From Verrucomicrobiota bacterium (GTDB lineage: Bacteria; Verrucomicrobiota; Verrucomicrobiia; CAIQCK01), in the NCBI GenBank assembly GCA_016219905.1, contig JACRKA010000097.1:1-54044 (forward strand): a DNA stretch of 54,044 nucleotides, read 5' to 3'. Below, piece after piece: positions 46,147 to 54,044 of this stretch (position 1 is its first letter; every line of letters begins with the position of its first letter). Below the pieces are notes generated by a model. The model saw only the letters and a program-made list of their open reading frames with translations, was not told the origin of the DNA and searched no databases. The translations under genes and the position numbers were made by a program.

Positions 46147-47291
46147 GGCGCGAGCGCCACGAACCTGCGCAGAATCTCGCGCGGGCCGCCGGGCGGGCAG
46201 GCGGCGGCCATCCGTTGCCGGATGCCGGCGGGCAACTCCGCGTTTTCCTTCCACCTCGCAACCCGCCGCGCCAGGTCGTCGGGCCGGCGGATGATTTCTC
46301 CCAAGCCGTGCTTGCGGCAGAACTTCACGTTGATCAGTTCCTGCGGCATCAGCCCGCCCAGACTGTTGATAAGCAACGAGCAGTGGCTGACGATCGCTTC
46401 GCTGCACACGCCCGCGCCGGGCCGCGCCACGACCGCCGAGACACACCGCATCAGCCGCCCGACATCCGTGTCGTGCGGCAGCACGCGCACCAGCAGCGAC
46501 GGGTTGGCCTGCGCCCAGGCCGCGACCGCGCTCGCAGCGTGCGGCGAATCGCCGCAGAGCGCGACGACCTGCGTGTCCACACGCGCCCTTTTCAACGCCT
46601 CCAGTAACCGGACGTGGTTCTGCGCGCCGCGGCCGGAGGCCATCAGCAACAGGATGAACTTCCGCGGGTCGAGTTGCAGTTGCCCGCGGATGAAAGCATC
46701 CCGTTCCCCTGCATTCGGCGCCGGCTCGTAGAAGGACCGGCGCGTCACGAAACCGCCCACGAGAGTCTTCTCCGGGGCCATGCCCCAGCGGATCGCGGCC
46801 TGGCAGGTCTCCGGCACCGCGCCGCCCAAGAGGTCGGCCGCCGGATTCACCCAATGCCGGCTAAAACCGTAGCCGCCCGACAGCTCGTCGCAGTAGGTCA
46901 CGCAGCGCACGCGGTCCCGGCCCAGCACCGCGCGCGCGTAGTCGAAGAAGGTATGGTTGAGCGAGTCGTGGACGCTGAGCACCACGTCGGGCCGCGCCGC
47001 CTCCAGCGCCGCGCGGAACCGGGCCGCGCCGAGCGGCGTGCGTGTGCGGATGATGGAGGCCAGTTCGAGGAAGTTGAAATAGACGTGATGGAGCGCCGGC
47101 GCGGTGCGCTGGATCCAGTTATACAACCCGACGCCGAAGGCGTAGAACCAATGCGACTCCTCCAGCGGCCGGTGCATCTGCACGACGAGGTTCAACTGCG
47201 GTTCCGCCCCGGCCCATTCAGCGAAGGCGCGCGCCCGCATGTCGTGGCAACCGCCCGTGCTGGAGGTCAGGATCAGGATGCGCATGGTCAT
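46134..47291 (-). CDS. MGDG synthase/UgtP-like glycosyltransferase (GT28-like)
   Basis: ILILTSSTGGCH..RA, PDVVLSVH, VVALCG, RPGA...EA, PQE..N. Confidence 0.82.
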   Translation of the reverse strand: MTMRILILTSSTGGCHDMRARAFAEWAGAEPQLNLVVQMHRPLEESHWFYAFGVGLYNWIQRTAPALHHVYFNFLELASIIRTRTPLGAARFRAALEAARPDVVLSVHDSLNHTFFDYARAVLGRDRVRCVTYCDELSGGYGFSRHWVNPAADLLGGAVPETCQAAIRWGMAPEKTLVGGFVTRRSFYEPAPNAGERDAFIRGQLQLDPRKFILLLMASGRGAQNHVRLLEALKRARVDTQVVALCGDSPHAASAVAAWAQANPSLLVRVLPHDTDVGRLMRCVSAVVARPGAGVCSEAIVSHCSLLINSLGGLMPQELINVKFCRKHGLGEIIRRPDDLARRVARWKENAELPAGIRQRMAAACPPGGPREILRRFVALAPQSR

Positions 47292-47438
47292 GCCGGTTGG
47301 CGCGGCGGAGAGTAATCAAACCGCCGCCGGGGGGCAAACACATCCCCTGCCGGCTTTGCGCCCGGAAGCCGGGATTGCCGTGGCGGCCCGCGGTGTTTGA
47401 CAGTCCTGCTGCCGCTGCTATCATCGCGGCAGCCCTGC

Positions 47439-47514
47439 GCTCCCGTAGCTCAGAGGATAGAGCAGCGGTTTCCTAAACCGTTGGTCGCGCGTTCGACTCG
47501 CGCCGGGAGCGCCA
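47439..47514 (+). tRNA. tRNA-Arg (anticodon CCT)
   Basis: GCTCCCG/CGGGAGC acceptor stem, anticodon arm GCGGT-TTCCTAA-ACCGT, GTTCGACTC, CCA. Confidence 0.95.
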
Positions 47515-47606
47515 TTCCACAAGCCGTCGGCACCGGCGCCGGTTTTCCGGCTTTCTACTGCGGGCCAGGTCTGCTAAGTTCCGCCGTGGTTGTTTGGAGG
47601 TCGGCA

Positions 47607-47813
47607 ATGAACGCGGTGATTCAAATGCTCGTTTTCCATCTGGAGAGGTTGCAACTGGCGCTGCCGCTGGCGGTGCGGGAGCGTGTCGTTCGGGCTGTGG
47701 AGGTGATCAATGGCCAACGGCGCGTCGTCCCGGTCGTCAACAACCCGGGGCATCCCGGCCTGCGGCTCGAGGTGATGATCGCGGTGTCCGGAACCGGGGA
47801 GCCTCGCCGATGA
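47607..47813 (+). pseudogene. Truncated CheW-like remnant
   Basis: LVFHLE....ALPL...ERVVRAVEV then IN.Q.RVVPVVN; the usual TPLP.AP...GV segment and the C-terminal half are missing. Confidence 0.55.
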
Positions 47814-49057
47814 GAACAAACACACCCTGTGTCATCGCGCTCACGTCCGCCCTCTGTGCGCTGGCAGCCTGCCAGCCGGCCCCGCGCGAGCCGGTCAAGG
47901 CCGGCGTGCTGCACTCGTTGACCGGCACGATGGCCATCAGCGAGCGCTCGGTGATAGACGCCACCTTGCTCGCCATCGAAGAGATCAACGAGCGCGGCGG
48001 CGTTCTTGGCCGCCCCATCCAGCCCGTCGTGGTGGACGGGAAATCCGATTGGCCCGCTTTTGCCGCCGAGGCCGAGCGGCTCATCACGGAGGAGAAGGCC
48101 AGCGTGGTCTTCGGCTGCTGGACCTCCGCCAGCCGCAAAACGGTCAAGCCCGTGTTCGAGAGACACAACCACCTGCTCTTCTACCCGGTGCAATACGAGG
48201 GCCTCGAGCAATCGCCCAACATCGTCTATACCGGCGCGGCGCCGAACCAGCAGATCATCCCGGCGGTCGAGTGGTGTTTCCGCGAGTTGAAGGCGAAGAA
48301 GTTCTTCCTCATCGGCTCCGACTACGTGTTTCCGCGGACGGCGCACGCCATCATCAAGGCCCAGGTCGGGAAACTGGGCGGCGAGATCGTGGGCGACGAA
48401 CATGTCCTGCTGGGGAGCATGGAGTTCAAAGCCGTCGTGACGAAGATCGCCGCCGCCCGGCCGCATGTCATCCTCAATTGCGTCAACGGCGACAGCAACA
48501 TCGGTTTCTTCGACGAGCTGCGCGCCGCCGGCATCACGCCCGCGACGCTGCCCACCGTCTCGTTCAGCCTCGCCGAGGACGAACTGCGCAGCATGGGCGC
48601 CCAGCGGATGGCGGGCGACTACTGCGCGTGGAATTACTTCCAGAGCGTGGACACCAGGGAGAACCTGGAATTCGTGGCGAAGTTCAGGGGCCGATACGGG
48701 CGCAATCGCGTCACTGACGATCCGATGGAAGCCGCCTACTCCGGCGTGCACCTCTGGGCGCAGGCGGTCCGGCGCGCGGGCAGCGCCGATCCTGCCGCCG
48801 TCCGCAAGGCATTGGCAGGACTGACGTTCGCGGCGCCGGGAGGTCCCATCACCGTGGATCCCGCCACGCAGCACATTTTCAAGACCGTCCGCATCGGCCG
48901 GATCAGGCCGGACGGCCAGTTCGATATCGTCTGGGCATCGCCGGCGCCTGTGCGGCCGGAACCGTATCCGCCCTTCAAGTCCAAGGGCGAATGGGAGAAG
49001 TTTCTTGCCGACCTGTTCAATGGTTGGGGCCGGCGTTGGGCAAACCCGGGGAAATGA
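47810..49057 (+). CDS. urtA: UrtA-like urea/amide-binding periplasmic lipoprotein
   Basis: Lipobox LAAC; LHSLTGTMAISE, FGCWTSASRK, FYPVQYEG, GAAPNQQ, GSDYVFPR, NGDSN, AWNYFQS. Confidence 0.85.
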   Translation: MRTNTPCVIALTSALCALAACQPAPREPVKAGVLHSLTGTMAISERSVIDATLLAIEEINERGGVLGRPIQPVVVDGKSDWPAFAAEAERLITEEKASVVFGCWTSASRKTVKPVFERHNHLLFYPVQYEGLEQSPNIVYTGAAPNQQIIPAVEWCFRELKAKKFFLIGSDYVFPRTAHAIIKAQVGKLGGEIVGDEHVLLGSMEFKAVVTKIAAARPHVILNCVNGDSNIGFFDELRAAGITPATLPTVSFSLAEDELRSMGAQRMAGDYCAWNYFQSVDTRENLEFVAKFRGRYGRNRVTDDPMEAAYSGVHLWAQAVRRAGSADPAAVRKALAGLTFAAPGGPITVDPATQHIFKTVRIGRIRPDGQFDIVWASPAPVRPEPYPPFKSKGEWEKFLADLFNGWGRRWANPGK

Positions 49058-49084
49058 AACAACCCGCAACCAGAGTGGAATGCC

Positions 49085-49222
49085 ATGAAACAAACCGTAG
49101 GCGCGATGATCGGGATGGAGGTTGCCGTGGCGCTCCACGCCCTGCCGCCCGACCGCGTCGCGCCCACGCTTGAATCCCTGATGAATCGCAGCCGGGCTAT
49201 CACAAACCATCCACCCGCATGA
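49085..49222 (+). pseudogene. Possible CheB C-terminal remnant (45 codons, not in the ORF track)
   Basis: ...[22 protein letters not shown] resembles the CheB end (A..VLP...IA..L..L); its stop overlaps the next ATG. Confidence 0.4.
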
Positions 49223-50481
49223 ACCCTGAAGACAACAAGACGCCGCCCCCGACCGAAATCCTGATCGTGGAAGACAGCCCGACCCAGGCGCTGCTCCTGC
49301 GCCGGCTGCTGGAGCAACACGACTGCAAAGTCGCCGCCGCCGGCAGCGGCGCACAGGCGGTGGAGCTTCTCCGCAAGCAGCGGCCCACGATGGTCATCTC
49401 CGACGTGAACATGCCCGGCATGGACGGCTACGAACTCTGCCGCCGCATCAAGGCCGATCCCGCGCTCCGGGACATCCCGTTGATGCTGCTGACCACGCTC
49501 TCCGACCCCAAGGACGTCGTCCGCGGCCTGGAGTGCGGCGCGCACAGCTTCATGACCAAGCCCTACGACGAACGCCAGCTTCTCTCGCGCATCCGCTACA
49601 TCCTGGCCAACGAACAGCTCCGCCGGCAGAATCCGCCCGAAGCCGCCATCCAGATCGAGTTCGCCGGCCAGAAGTATGCCATCGCCGCCGGGCGCGACCA
49701 GGTCCTCGACTTCCTGCTTTCCACCTACGAGACCGCCGTCGAGCAGAACCGCGAACTGCGCGTCACCAGCGACGCGCTCGAGCACCAGAAACAGGAACTG
49801 GCCCGCTCCAACGCCGAGCTGCAACAGTTCGCCTACGTCGCCTCCCACGACCTGCAGGAGCCGCTGCGCATGGTCAGCAGCTACCTCGGCATGATCGAAC
49901 AGCGCTACAAGGACCAACTCGACGCCAGCGCCCACGAGTTCATCGCCTTCGCCGTGGACGGCGCCCATCGCATGAGCCAGCTCATCACCGACCTGCTCAC
50001 CTACGCCCGCGTGGACACCAAGGGCAAGCCCCTCGTGCCCACCGACGCCGCCCGGCCGCTCAACGCCGCCCTGGCCAACCTCAAGCTCGCCATCGCCGAG
50101 AGCGGCGCGCAGGTGACTTGCGGCGCGTTGCCGGCGGTCAAGGCCGACGAGGCGCAACTGGTGCAGTTGTTCCAGAACCTCATCGGCAACGCCATCAAGT
50201 TCCGCAAGAAAACCGGACCCTCCCAGGTTGCCATCGCCGCCACCCGCTCCGGCGCCGAATGCACCTTCACCGTCCGCGACAACGGCATCGGCATGGACCC
50301 CTCGCAGTTCAAGCGCATCTTCCTGATCTTCCAGCGCCTCCACACCCGCGAGGAATACCCCGGCACCGGCATCGGCCTGGCCGTCTGCAAAAAAATCGTC
50401 GAACGCCACGGCGGCCGCATCTGGGTCGAGTCCGAGCCGGGCAAAGGCTCCGTCTTCTCCTTCACCCTCCCGGCGGCTTAG
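49219..50481 (+). CDS. Cytoplasmic hybrid kinase (receiver + HisKA + HATPase)
   Basis: [21 protein letters not shown]; [33 protein letters not shown]. Confidence 0.93.
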   Translation: MNPEDNKTPPPTEILIVEDSPTQALLLRRLLEQHDCKVAAAGSGAQAVELLRKQRPTMVISDVNMPGMDGYELCRRIKADPALRDIPLMLLTTLSDPKDVVRGLECGAHSFMTKPYDERQLLSRIRYILANEQLRRQNPPEAAIQIEFAGQKYAIAAGRDQVLDFLLSTYETAVEQNRELRVTSDALEHQKQELARSNAELQQFAYVASHDLQEPLRMVSSYLGMIEQRYKDQLDASAHEFIAFAVDGAHRMSQLITDLLTYARVDTKGKPLVPTDAARPLNAALANLKLAIAESGAQVTCGALPAVKADEAQLVQLFQNLIGNAIKFRKKTGPSQVAIAATRSGAECTFTVRDNGIGMDPSQFKRIFLIFQRLHTREEYPGTGIGLAVCKKIVERHGGRIWVESEPGKGSVFSFTLPAA

Positions 50482-50563
50482 GGGTGATGCGCAGCGCAGA
50501 CCTGTCCGTTCTTGCGGTGGCGGCTGGTGATGCGGCAGACTGGGCGCGTGCGATGACTCCGCC

Positions 50564-52468
50564 ATGAAACGCGCCGCTGCCATCCTTCCGGTTCTGCTCG
50601 CCCTCTCCACGCTTTCGCTCATGGCCGCGACGACGGACCTGGGCAACGGATTCAGCGACCACGGGGTGGCGACGCCGATCAGCAATCACCGCGGCACGGC
50701 GGCGACGGTGGACGGCCACGGGCGCAACGTGGTGTTGTCGTGGCTGAACGACCATCGCGGCGGCTACGAGTTGCTGTTGGTGGATGTCGAGGCGGGCAAG
50801 GCGGAGGAGCATCCGATGCCGTTCCCGCCGGGGGATCATCCGTTCGCGTCCATCCTGTCGGGCGGCAACAAGTTCTACACGCACTTCAACGGCCGCTTCG
50901 TCGAGTTCGACCCGGCCACGCGCGCGTTCACGTTCTGCCAGAAGACGAAGCCGCAGATGGCGATGAGCATGACGGAGGACGACCACGGGGTCATCTGGTC
51001 GGCGACGTATCCGAACAGCGGGCTGGTGTCGTTCGACCCGAAGACGCGCGAGTTCAAGGACCACGGCTATCTCTACAAGCAGAACTGGGCGCAATACCCC
51101 CGCTCGGTGGCGGCCAACGACGCGGGATGGATTTACCTCGGCATCGGCTCGACGCGCGGGCAGATCATCGCGTTCGACCCGCAGTCGGGGACGGCAACGC
51201 CGCTGGTGCCGGAGGAGCAGCGGGTCCACGGCTACAGCACGCTGTATCGCGACCGGGACGGGAAGGTTTACGGAGATCCCGTTCCGGGAAAGAAGGACAA
51301 CTGGCTGATGCTCCACAAAGGCAAGGCCACGGCCATCGGCAAGCACGACAAGCGGCAGCCCAAACCTGTCATCGCGGACAGCCAGAGCTTGTTTCACAAC
51401 ACGTTCCCCGACGGCAAGCGCATCACGGCCTACAGTCTCGTGGACCGGAAGTTCGCCGTCACGGACCCGAAGACGAAGCAAACGAAGGCGTTCAGCTTCG
51501 ATTACCAGAGCGAGGGCGCGCACATCATGGGCGTCGCGGCGGCGCCGGGCGGCACGATTTGCGGCGGCACGGCGTTCCCGATGCGGTTCTTCAGTTTCGA
51601 TCCGCGCAAGGACGAATGGGTCAACCGCGAGGCTTACGGCCAGTGGAACACGGTGGCGCGGCAAGGCGACCGGTTCTTCGTCGGCGCCTACAGCAGCGGC
51701 TCGCTGCTGGAATGGAATCCATCCAAGCCGTGGGTCGAAACGAAGCAGGGTAAGCCGGAGAGCAATCCGCTCTACCATCTCAACTGCACGCCAACCATCA
51801 TCCGGCCTCACGCACTGCTCGCCCATCCCGACGGCAAGACGATCGTGATGGGCGGCACGCCCGCCTACGGTTGCACCGGCGGCGGGTTGCTTGTCTGGGA
51901 CCGCGAGACGCGCAATAGCGTGCTGCTGACCCATGAACAAATCCTGAAGGAACATTCGACCCTGAGCCTCGCGGCGCTGCCCGGCGGCAAACTGCTCGGC
52001 GGCACCACGACCAGCGCCGGCACGGGCGGCGAAAGGAAAGCGACCGAGGCCGCGCTCTACATCGTGGACATGGCGACGAAGAAGGTGGAGTGGCACGCGG
52101 CGGTCTTTCCCGGCGCGCAGGGCTACACCGACCTTTGCGCCGGGCCGGATGGGCTGGTGTTCGGGTTCGCCGACCAGAAGCGGTTCTTCGTCTTCGACGC
52201 GGCGAAACGCAAAGTCATCCACGAGCAGGACACGAGCGCGAAGTTTGGCCCCACGACGTCGCAGCAGGGGCCGCGCGTGTTCGTGACCGACGGCAAGGGC
52301 AATATCTACGTCCTCTTCGTGAAGGGCGTGGCGCGGCTCGATGCGAAGACGTTCGCGATCACCCTGCTCGCGCAGTCGCCCGTGCCCATCGGCGGCGGCG
52401 GCGACCATCTTGACGGCCGCATCTATTTCTTCCACGGCTCACATCTCTACAGCTACACGCTGAAGTAA
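50564..52468 (+). CDS. Exported hypothetical beta-propeller protein
   Basis: Signal peptide; repeated beta-blade units (FDP.T, G.IY.G, DG.VYG). Confidence 0.7.
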   Translation: MKRAAAILPVLLALSTLSLMAATTDLGNGFSDHGVATPISNHRGTAATVDGHGRNVVLSWLNDHRGGYELLLVDVEAGKAEEHPMPFPPGDHPFASILSGGNKFYTHFNGRFVEFDPATRAFTFCQKTKPQMAMSMTEDDHGVIWSATYPNSGLVSFDPKTREFKDHGYLYKQNWAQYPRSVAANDAGWIYLGIGSTRGQIIAFDPQSGTATPLVPEEQRVHGYSTLYRDRDGKVYGDPVPGKKDNWLMLHKGKATAIGKHDKRQPKPVIADSQSLFHNTFPDGKRITAYSLVDRKFAVTDPKTKQTKAFSFDYQSEGAHIMGVAAAPGGTICGGTAFPMRFFSFDPRKDEWVNREAYGQWNTVARQGDRFFVGAYSSGSLLEWNPSKPWVETKQGKPESNPLYHLNCTPTIIRPHALLAHPDGKTIVMGGTPAYGCTGGGLLVWDRETRNSVLLTHEQILKEHSTLSLAALPGGKLLGGTTTSAGTGGERKATEAALYIVDMATKKVEWHAAVFPGAQGYTDLCAGPDGLVFGFADQKRFFVFDAAKRKVIHEQDTSAKFGPTTSQQGPRVFVTDGKGNIYVLFVKGVARLDAKTFAITLLAQSPVPIGGGGDHLDGRIYFFHGSHLYSYTLK

Positions 52469-52542
52469 ATGGTAGTCACGGGCGGGAGCGGGCGGGTAAG
52501 ATGCCGCCTGCTGCGAACGGCAGAGACAAGGGGTTGATCGCC

Positions 52543-53577
52543 ATGAAGCAGTTCAATGTCGGCATCGTCGGCTACGGTTGGGCGGCGGGCGCGCACATCG
52601 CGGCCATCAACGCCGGCCCGCGCGGCCAGGTCACCAAGGTCTGCTCGACACGGAAGCTGGACGCCGCGGAGTTGTCGGCGAAACACGGCTGTCCCATCCA
52701 GACCTACACCGACTACGAGGCGATGCTCGCGGAGCCGGACCTGCACGTCGTCTCGATCTGCACCTATCACCGCCACCACAAAGAGCAGATCATCGCCGCC
52801 GCGCGCGCCGGCAAGCACATCATCATCGAGAAGCCGCTGGCGCAGAACCTCCGCGACCTGCGCGAGGTTGAGCAGGCCGTGCGGGCGGCGGGCGTGAAGC
52901 TGTGCATCTGTTTCGAGATGCGGTTCTCGGAGCAGTTCCGGACGATCAAGGCGCTGATTGACGAAGGAAAGCTCGGCCGGCTGCATTACGGCGAGGTGGA
53001 TTACTACCACGGCATCGGCCCGTGGTATCCGGGTTTCAAGTGGTATCAAACCGCCGAGGACGGCGTCAGCAGCCTGCTGCTGGCGGGCTGTCACGCGATG
53101 GACACCCTGCTGCTCTGCCTCGACGGCGACGTGGACGAGGTGTTCAGTTACAGCACCGCGTCCTCCAACGCCGTGTTCGCGCCGTATGCGTATCCCTCGA
53201 CGACGGTGACGATGCTCAAGTTCAAGGACGGCAAGGTCGGCAAGGTCGCGTCGGTGCTGGATTGTTTCCAGCCGTATTATTTCCACACGCACCTCGTCGG
53301 CAGCGAAGGCACGCTGCTGGACGACAAGTTTGCCGGCCAGGACAAGCAATGGACCAAGCTCCCCTACAAGCCGGTGGATTCCGGTGACGTGAGCGACCAT
53401 CCATATCAGGTGGAGTTCGATCGGTTCTTCGAGGCGATTGCGCGCGGCGAGGAGATGCCGTTGACGGGACTCGCCGACGCGGTGCGCACGCACGAGGTGA
53501 TCTTCGCCGCCGACCTGTCGTGGCAGCAGAAACGGCCGGTGAAGCTGGAAGAGGTTCAACGCAAAGGAGTCCGATGA
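52543..53577 (+). CDS. Gfo/Idh/MocA family oxidoreductase
   Basis: VGIVGYG, AGKHIIIEKP, G.LG, GCHAMD. Confidence 0.9.
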   Translation: MKQFNVGIVGYGWAAGAHIAAINAGPRGQVTKVCSTRKLDAAELSAKHGCPIQTYTDYEAMLAEPDLHVVSICTYHRHHKEQIIAAARAGKHIIIEKPLAQNLRDLREVEQAVRAAGVKLCICFEMRFSEQFRTIKALIDEGKLGRLHYGEVDYYHGIGPWYPGFKWYQTAEDGVSSLLLAGCHAMDTLLLCLDGDVDEVFSYSTASSNAVFAPYAYPSTTVTMLKFKDGKVGKVASVLDCFQPYYFHTHLVGSEGTLLDDKFAGQDKQWTKLPYKPVDSGDVSDHPYQVEFDRFFEAIARGEEMPLTGLADAVRTHEVIFAADLSWQQKRPVKLEEVQRKGVR

Positions 53578-53909
53578 AATTCGATCACGTGGGCATCCCG
53601 ACGACCGAGAACAAACCCGGAATGCAGTTCGTGGCCGCAACGCGCGTGTGGATCACCAATGCCTACAGCCATCCGTTCCGCGTGGAATGGCTGCGCTTCG
53701 AGCCGGACAGTCCCGTCACCGGCCCGCTGCATGACATGCCGCACGTGGGCTACCGCGTGGACAGCATCGAGCAGATCAAGGAACTGGGCAAAGGCATGAA
53801 AGTGCTGCTGGAGCCGTTCGACGCGGGCTTCGCGGTGGCAGGCTTCTTCCAGACGCCCGACGGCGCGAGCGTCGAGCTGGTCTGGTATCGCGAAGAACCC
53901 AAAGGCTGA
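53574..53909 (+). CDS. VOC/glyoxalase-like small protein
   Basis: FDHVGIP...PHVGYRVD...FF...DGA.VEL metal-ligand pattern; ATGA overlap. Confidence 0.65.
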   Translation: MKFDHVGIPTTENKPGMQFVAATRVWITNAYSHPFRVEWLRFEPDSPVTGPLHDMPHVGYRVDSIEQIKELGKGMKVLLEPFDAGFAVAGFFQTPDGASVELVWYREEPKG

Positions 53910-53913
53910 CGCC

Positions 53914-54044
53914 ATGCTCAAGGGATTGCTGAAAGCGCTCGACGCCGGCGGCATGGAGCGCATCCATCGCGGCGCGCTGGCCGTGCTCGAACGCACCGGC
54001 CTGCGCAGCCGCGGCCGGTTCCTGCTGCGGGCGCTCGCGGACGC
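53914..54044 (+). CDS. Start of a probable trimethylamine methyltransferase (MttB) family protein, truncated by the window end
   Basis: MLKGLLKALDAGGMERIHRGALAVLERTG matches the L.....I..IH..AL.VLE..G N-terminal pattern; only 43 codons visible. Confidence 0.5.
   Translation, partial: MLKGLLKALDAGGMERIHRGALAVLERTGLRSRGRFLLRALAD

Noticed and set aside
47439-50481. Integrative element at tRNA-Arg (also considered at tRNA-Ala)
   Set aside because: No integrase, and I noticed no duplicated tRNA 3' end by eye. An old decayed island cannot be excluded.
50482-50563. Degenerate REP-like sequence between the kinase and the propeller gene
   Set aside because: Arms pair too poorly to support a call.

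Overview
GC-rich bacterial chromosomal window. Gene families and repeat types suggest the PVC superphylum (Verrucomicrobiota-like); this is an inference. About 50 CDS and 2 tRNAs (Ala-CGC, Arg-CCT). No integrase, transposase, rRNA or CRISPR array was recognised. In order: an APC permease-USP fusion converging on a sigma54-driven amtB-glnK operon; queA and a RibD-like gene; a 12.5-kb atypical Tad/Flp pilus locus (five prepilin-like genes, CpaB, an FHA-fused TadA ATPase, TadB, an antisense inserted gene, TadC, DUF192, a membrane FHA protein and a PEGA lipoprotein, with no recognisable secretin, TadZ or peptidase); housekeeping genes (aroC, infA, a desaturase, aguB-aguA, adk); several secreted proteins of unknown function; a translationally coupled peptidase / methyltransferase / YdjC deacetylase / ATP-grasp ligase / GT4 operon that looks like an undescribed small-molecule pathway; an octaheme cytochrome-HEAT-TPR protein; an ACP-dehydratase / KAS / SDR / glycolipid-synthase cluster; and, after tRNA-Arg, an orphan UrtA-like binding protein between cheW and cheB remnants, next to a hybrid kinase. 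Heptamer repeats and REP-like palindromes occur between genes and in frame inside genes. All family calls are by-eye motif recognition, not database searches. Several start codons were moved from the ORF track to more plausible internal starts.
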